NCBI GenBank assembly: GCA_963664395.2
Contig: OY761159.2
Coordinates: 4,064,001-4,128,000 of the forward strand
Length of the DNA: 64,000 bases
Origin: Candidatus Binatia bacterium
GTDB taxonomy: Bacteria; Desulfobacterota; Binatia; Bin18
Direction: 5' to 3'
The notes beneath the pieces are model-generated. The model had not been told where the DNA came from. It saw only the letters and a program-made list of their open reading frames with translations, and did no database searches. The position numbers and the translations under genes are program-made. Within the stretch, counting starts at the first letter, position 1. Every line of letters begins with the position of its first letter. This document shows positions 59,589 through 64,000 of the stretch, piece after piece.

Positions 59589-61226
59589 CTAGAAATCGTG
59601 GGCCCGATGCGCACCGTACATCCATTCGAAGCCGAGCCAGACGGTCTGCGCGTCGTTCTTGAGGTGGCTGGCAGTATCGTAGTTGTACTGGAGCCGGATG
59701 CGTGAAAACTCGGACGGTCGCCAGACCAGCAAGGGAGAGAGACGGTGCCGGTCATCCCGGAACGGGTCGTTCTGGCGTCCGCCGATGCTGTGTCCGCTAC
59801 CGCCGGCGTACTCATAGCGCAGGCCGGCGGCCCAGTTGGTCTGAAACCCGTACAAAAGCTGGGTATACAGGCCCCAGTCCTTGAACGCGCGGCCCGGCAG
59901 GCTGTCGAGGTCGCCGTCGTCGGCTGCCTGGGTGTAGCGGGTTGCGTGATAGTCGCGTTTCATGACCTCGGTCTGCCAGGTCAGGAACGGAGAGCCGAAA
60001 TTGCCGCCCGGCTGCCAGCGCCACTTCATGTCCAGCCCGTACAGCCAGGTGTCGGCATCCCGCCCGGTTGCGTTCGGCCCGTACAGGCCGGACAGGCCGA
60101 ACACCGCGGTCACTTCGTCGGTGAATTCGAACGAGTTCTCCCAACGGGTCAGATAGACGAAATCTCCAAAGCCGCGCACGTCCTGAGCGACAATCGGGCG
60201 GCCGGCTATACCGTTGCCCTGGCTGCCTTCCGCGTGGTCATCTTCTTCCTCGGCGTGATTGTCTTCTCCCTCGGCATGATCGTCTTCCTCTTCGTCCATA
60301 TGCTCGTCGTGCTCGTCACCGTGGCTATGGGCCAATTCTCCGCCCAGAAAGCTGGCCATGGTCACGCCATTGGCATTCTGCATACCGAAGTGAAACTCGG
60401 AGAACCACGGCGTGGGCGGGAGCCACGAGGCCCGAAAACCGGCCTGCCGCATGCCGTCTCCGCCGAACATGCGGGAGTTGACAACCGGTTGATCGACCCA
60501 ATCCCAGGCGTGGGGGTGTTGCGGGTTGATCATCCCGAACTCGGTCAGAAAATGGCCAACCTCAAGCTGAAGACCGTAAGGCAGGGCCGACGAGGTGAGA
60601 AAGGCTTCTTCAAGTTCGACCGCAGTCTTGCCGGTGCTTGGATTGACCGCGGTGAGGACATGCGCCTCGCCGGTGAAGTAGGGGTCAATGGCACCGGCCA
60701 GAGAAATTTCGGCCTGACCCAAGGTGAAGCCACGTTGTTTCGGGTCGTGACCCCCGCCCTGCAGCGTCGAAATCGCGGCGTCCCGCTCGCTGGAGCCGCC
60801 GGCAAAGAACAGAACATCGGTCGAAATGTCAATGAGGCGTAACTGCGTGTTCCCGCCCAGCGGCTGTGACCACAGCGCCCGCCGGTCCGGCTCTGGCTCA
60901 AAATCCGGGACGCCGAGTTCGTCAAGCGCTTTGTCCAGGGGCGAGGCGACTCGGCCGGCCATGCTTTCAGCCTGGCGTCGCTGTATGGCCTGCACTTGCG
61001 CCTCTTGCTCCTCGACCTGTTGCTTGAGGGCTTGATCCCGTGAGTTCGACTCTTTTTGCATTTGTAAAAGGAGTCGCTGGAGTTGCTCGACAGTTTCCTG
61101 CAGGCGGTCAACCTGACTGCGGAGTGCTTGGACCTCATCCGAGTCGCTGGCCTGTGCGCTGGTGTCTGGCTGGGATAAAAAAATGGAGACGACCGAGATG
61201 AAAAAAATGCGGATTATGCCACGCAT
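59589..61226 (-). CDS. outer-membrane beta-barrel (zinc-uptake-associated porin/receptor) with His/acidic insert
   Basis: Signal peptide, coiled coil, GGGHDP, IDPYF, LEEAF, N.QHPHAWDWVDQP, PSEFSRIRLQYN, terminal GAH.AH.F. Confidence 0.8.
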   Translation of the reverse strand: MRGIIRIFFISVVSIFLSQPDTSAQASDSDEVQALRSQVDRLQETVEQLQRLLLQMQKESNSRDQALKQQVEEQEAQVQAIQRRQAESMAGRVASPLDKALDELGVPDFEPEPDRRALWSQPLGGNTQLRLIDISTDVLFFAGGSSERDAAISTLQGGGHDPKQRGFTLGQAEISLAGAIDPYFTGEAHVLTAVNPSTGKTAVELEEAFLTSSALPYGLQLEVGHFLTEFGMINPQHPHAWDWVDQPVVNSRMFGGDGMRQAGFRASWLPPTPWFSEFHFGMQNANGVTMASFLGGELAHSHGDEHDEHMDEEEDDHAEGEDNHAEEEDDHAEGSQGNGIAGRPIVAQDVRGFGDFVYLTRWENSFEFTDEVTAVFGLSGLYGPNATGRDADTWLYGLDMKWRWQPGGNFGSPFLTWQTEVMKRDYHATRYTQAADDGDLDSLPGRAFKDWGLYTQLLYGFQTNWAAGLRYEYAGGSGHSIGGRQNDPFRDDRHRLSPLLVWRPSEFSRIRLQYNYDTASHLKNDAQTVWLGFEWMYGAHRAHDF

Positions 61227-61239
61227 ATGATTTCCTCTG

Positions 61240-61256
61240 TTGCATAGTAGTTGTAA
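61240..61256. promoter_or_regulatory. putative Zur/Fur box
   Basis: ttgcatagtagttgtaa, an imperfect TGCAA-N5-TTGCA-type inverted repeat just upstream of the porin start; minus-strand TTGACA at 61287-61292. Confidence 0.55.
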
Positions 61257-61383
61257 TAGAAACATAATTGGATAAAGGTGCGGGGTTGTCAAGCCGACAC
61301 CCTTCCGGTGTCCGTTGTAGGAATGGACGTGAGGTACTTTTTTCTTGCCGGAAGTCATAGAAATCGGTAAGATGGGCAGCGCT

Positions 61384-61830
61384 ATGAAAAAGGAAAGAAC
61401 CGTTCGGTCAATAGCAGAGCTACGCACCCTGATTCGATCTACTGGGCTGCGTAGCACAGGTCCCCGGGTTGCTGTTTTGCAGCGGCTTCAGCAGGCGACG
61501 ACTCCTATGAGCCATGCGGAGACCGCCGAAGCTCTGGAGCCGGCGGGCTTGGACCGGGCGACGCTCTATCGGAATCTCATTGACCTCACCGACACCGGTC
61601 TCTTGTCGCGAACGGATCACGGCGATCACGTCTGGCGTTTTGAACTGCGTGACACTGCGCACGGCCAGATCGAAAAACATCCCCATTTTACCTGTATTGA
61701 CTGTGGCGAGGTCGAGTGTCTGCCCGATACGAGCATCGAGGTATCCGCACCGCGCCGCTCGCCCCGCGCGATCAAAAAACACCATTTCGAAGTACAGCTC
61801 ACCGGCCTGTGCGACCGCTGCGCGGCCTAG
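61384..61830 (+). CDS. Fur family regulator (probably Zur)
   Basis: GLRST.PR.AVL, DRATLYRNL, HPHFTCIDCG, GLCDRC; divergent from the metal uptake operon. Confidence 0.88.
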   Translation: MKKERTVRSIAELRTLIRSTGLRSTGPRVAVLQRLQQATTPMSHAETAEALEPAGLDRATLYRNLIDLTDTGLLSRTDHGDHVWRFELRDTAHGQIEKHPHFTCIDCGEVECLPDTSIEVSAPRRSPRAIKKHHFEVQLTGLCDRCAA

Positions 61831-61945
61831 ATGCGGATTGTGGCCGACGCTCAATTTGTGACGGGGTCGCTTACTTTCTGCGCTCAGAGCCGAAGGCTAA
61901 ATCATCTCGCCGCCTTCCGCACGAAGCGGGCCGGCAACCAAAGAC

Positions 61946-63547
61946 CTATACGCCGTGCCGGTCGCGAAGAATGGTCGCGGCCTGTGTGATGGCTGTCAGT
62001 TTTTGTTCGGCAAGCGTAGCTGACGCGATCGGATTATCTGCAAACGTGGCAAAACCGCAGTCCGGCGTCAGGAGTAGACGCTCGGCTCCAAAGAGAGTGA
62101 CCGCTTTTTCCGCTTTAGCGACAATCTGCTCGACCGTCTCAAGGCTTTGCGTCTTTTGATTCACCACCCCAATGCCGATGCGCCGGTCGTCCGGCAGGCC
62201 GCGCAGCACGGCCTCATCGCCAGCCCGAGGCGTGCAGAGTTCCAGCAGGAGCGTACCAACCTTGACGTTTTTCAAGAGAGGCAGCAGCGGCCGGTAGTCG
62301 CCGGCCAGGGCCACGCTTTCATCCGGGGTCCAGTTGCCGCGACAGATGTGCAGCGCCAGCCGTTCTTGCGGCAAGTCGGCGACCACCTGATTAATGAGCG
62401 ATTCGGCAAAGACCAATTCCTCCGCGGCCTCACGCTTCTCTCCCAGCGCGCCACACATAAACGTGCGATTATTTGATGTACCGCTAAAGACGACCTCGGT
62501 CAGGACCGGCTCGTCCAATTGAACCAGCGAGACACCCGCGGCGAGCAGGGAGTAGAGTTCCTCGCGTAGGACCCGAACGACATCCGTGGCGAGTTCTTCC
62601 CGCGTGTCATAGGCCCGGTCGGAGATGCATTCCATCCACATCGTGCGGGTGAGGAGATAGGGGCCGGGCAGGGCGACCTTGAGTGGCCGGTCGGTCAGGC
62701 TGGCAAGAAAAGTTGCCTCGTGAACGGCCAGCGAGCGGCTGCGACCCAGCGGGCCAAACACCGCCGGATGGCGGATTTTGCCGGCCGGGACATCGAGTGC
62801 ACGCAGCTCACGCTCGAATTCTTCGGGGTCATCGACATACGGCAGCAGGTCGGTAATCGGAATCAACTGGCAGTTGTCGAGCAGCCCGCCCACGAAGCTG
62901 GCGTAATTGTCCCGACGCTGCTCACCGTCTGTGAGTACGTCTACCCCGGCCCGTTGTTGGGCGGCGACCGCCAGCCGCACGGCGTCGTCCGCGGTTTGGC
63001 CAAACTCTTCATCTGACATGCGGCCTTCGAGATGATCGTTGAGGGCGCGTAACAGCCAGGGTGGCCGCGGCCAACTCCCGACGCCCATGACAGACAGGGG
63101 GGCAATGGTCGGGGCCGGGGCCGGCTGCGGAAGGCGGTCGGGAATCACGACTTCGGCGATGGGTTGGGTAATCGGTGCGTATTCCTTTTCGTGCGTTGAG
63201 CCATTGCGTGCTGAACGTTGTTTCGCCTTCTTCTTTTTCAACTTTGGCTGAACGGGTGGCTCCGGTTCCACGGAGCGCAGGTTCGCTGCCGGGCCTTTCG
63301 AGACCAGAAAACTGTTCTGCTTGCCCTGGCTGATGTGGGATACCAAGTCGTTTCCGGTCAGCCGACACCAGGCCGGTAGGTCTTCGACGACCGACGTTTC
63401 GGTGGACAGGATTTCGAGCAGTTGGCCTGGAGCAAGGGGGTCGATATGCTTGCGGATCAGTAATAACAGGCCATTGCCACAGTCGAGGTCCCCGCCGTCG
63501 AAACTGTCTATCGGTTGGTATGGGTGCGTCTGCGTATCGGCAGCCAT
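61946..63547 (-). CDS. TusA/SirA-like domain fused to cobalamin-independent methionine synthase II (MetE C-terminal-like) domain
   Basis: N-terminal FDGGDLDCG..EDLPAWCRLTGN; VGSWPRP, TDGEQRR, QLDEP, Zn ligands HIC, E, PDCGF. Confidence 0.88.
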   Translation of the reverse strand: MAADTQTHPYQPIDSFDGGDLDCGNGLLLLIRKHIDPLAPGQLLEILSTETSVVEDLPAWCRLTGNDLVSHISQGKQNSFLVSKGPAANLRSVEPEPPVQPKLKKKKAKQRSARNGSTHEKEYAPITQPIAEVVIPDRLPQPAPAPTIAPLSVMGVGSWPRPPWLLRALNDHLEGRMSDEEFGQTADDAVRLAVAAQQRAGVDVLTDGEQRRDNYASFVGGLLDNCQLIPITDLLPYVDDPEEFERELRALDVPAGKIRHPAVFGPLGRSRSLAVHEATFLASLTDRPLKVALPGPYLLTRTMWMECISDRAYDTREELATDVVRVLREELYSLLAAGVSLVQLDEPVLTEVVFSGTSNNRTFMCGALGEKREAAEELVFAESLINQVVADLPQERLALHICRGNWTPDESVALAGDYRPLLPLLKNVKVGTLLLELCTPRAGDEAVLRGLPDDRRIGIGVVNQKTQSLETVEQIVAKAEKAVTLFGAERLLLTPDCGFATFADNPIASATLAEQKLTAITQAATILRDRHGV

Positions 63548-63568
63548 GCTTTTCCCCATGCTCCGTTT

Positions 63569-63601
63569 CCCTCTCCCTCTGGGAGAGGGCCAGGGTGAGG
63601 G
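63569..63601 (+). repeat. REP-like element ccctctccctctgggagagggccagggtgaggg
   Basis: Same family as 29660, 44808, 44950. Confidence 0.8.
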
Positions 63602-63628
63602 TCTTTCTTAATGGAGTGAGAGTCTTCC

Positions 63629-63991
63629 CTAATACGACACGCTCGGCGTCCCGCCGGCCAGAAATTCGACCAGTTTGGCGCCGCCAACAATCTTGGCCCC
63701 CGGAACAAGGTTGTTCTCATCCAGACCGCGTTTCTTAAAGCACGGCGAGCACACATATATCGTACCGTCGGCTTCGGCAAAATTGGTCATCAGTTCTTTG
63801 AGCGGCGCAAAGCCGTCCTCATGCATATCGTCGGCATAGCCGCCAACGGCCAAACGCACGCCCTCGGTGCTCAAGAAGACCAGGGTTTCCTGGTCCGAGC
63901 CCAGCGCGGCGTTGGCAATCACAAAGGCGACGGTTGCCTTGTCGGTATTATCCTTTGCGTGGGTCAGTGAGACGCAGAATTGTCCTGCCAT
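63629..63991 (-). CDS. DsrE/DsrF-like family protein
   Basis: DKATVAF..ANAA, VFLSTEGVRL, IYVCSPCFKKRGL, GA.IVGGA. Confidence 0.88.
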   Translation of the reverse strand: MAGQFCVSLTHAKDNTDKATVAFVIANAALGSDQETLVFLSTEGVRLAVGGYADDMHEDGFAPLKELMTNFAEADGTIYVCSPCFKKRGLDENNLVPGAKIVGGAKLVEFLAGGTPSVSY

Positions 63992-64000
63992 AGTGGGTCC

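Noticed and set aside
1-64000. tRNA, rRNA, IS elements, prophage
   Set aside because: No cloverleaf or rRNA-like segments, transposase, integrase or phage structural genes recognised by eye; a covariance-model scan was not possible.

Overview
64 kb of GC-rich bacterial chromosome with no rRNA, tRNA, CRISPR array, integrase or transposase recognised. The gene content (several luciferase-like monooxygenases, amidohydrolases, CaiB CoA-transferases, a zinc-ribbon/cyclase/ATPase/TPR protein) resembles Binatia/Deltaproteobacteria-like genomes, but that assignment is inference only. From left to right: aerobic benzoyl-CoA epoxide pathway (boxC-boxB-benzoate-CoA ligase, no boxA in the window); a minus-strand DUF2141 / Tat-exported carotenoid oxygenase / TetR / cytoplasmic carotenoid oxygenase cluster with a triple 13-bp operator-like array; a HEAT-repeat/alpha-beta-hydrolase pair; an orphan antitoxin with a 12-codon toxin stub; and a defence-type islet (MmeI-like RM gene broken by one amber codon, vapBC, frameshifted HEPN gene) with nested duplications of gene 3' ends whose junctions fall in cut REP elements. 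These are followed by acyl-CoA and LLM catabolic genes, ilvD, duplicated M20 amidohydrolases, copA, eutBC-hslR-ltaE, an EF-P with a PGN loop, a Fur/Zur-controlled porin-ABC-ZIP metal uptake locus, and a DsrE + TusA-MetE fusion that looks like an uncharacterised sulfur-relay/thiol-alkylation system. At least four families of small dispersed repeats occur; several supply stop codons or linkers to proteins. All product calls are from motif recognition by eye, not database searches.
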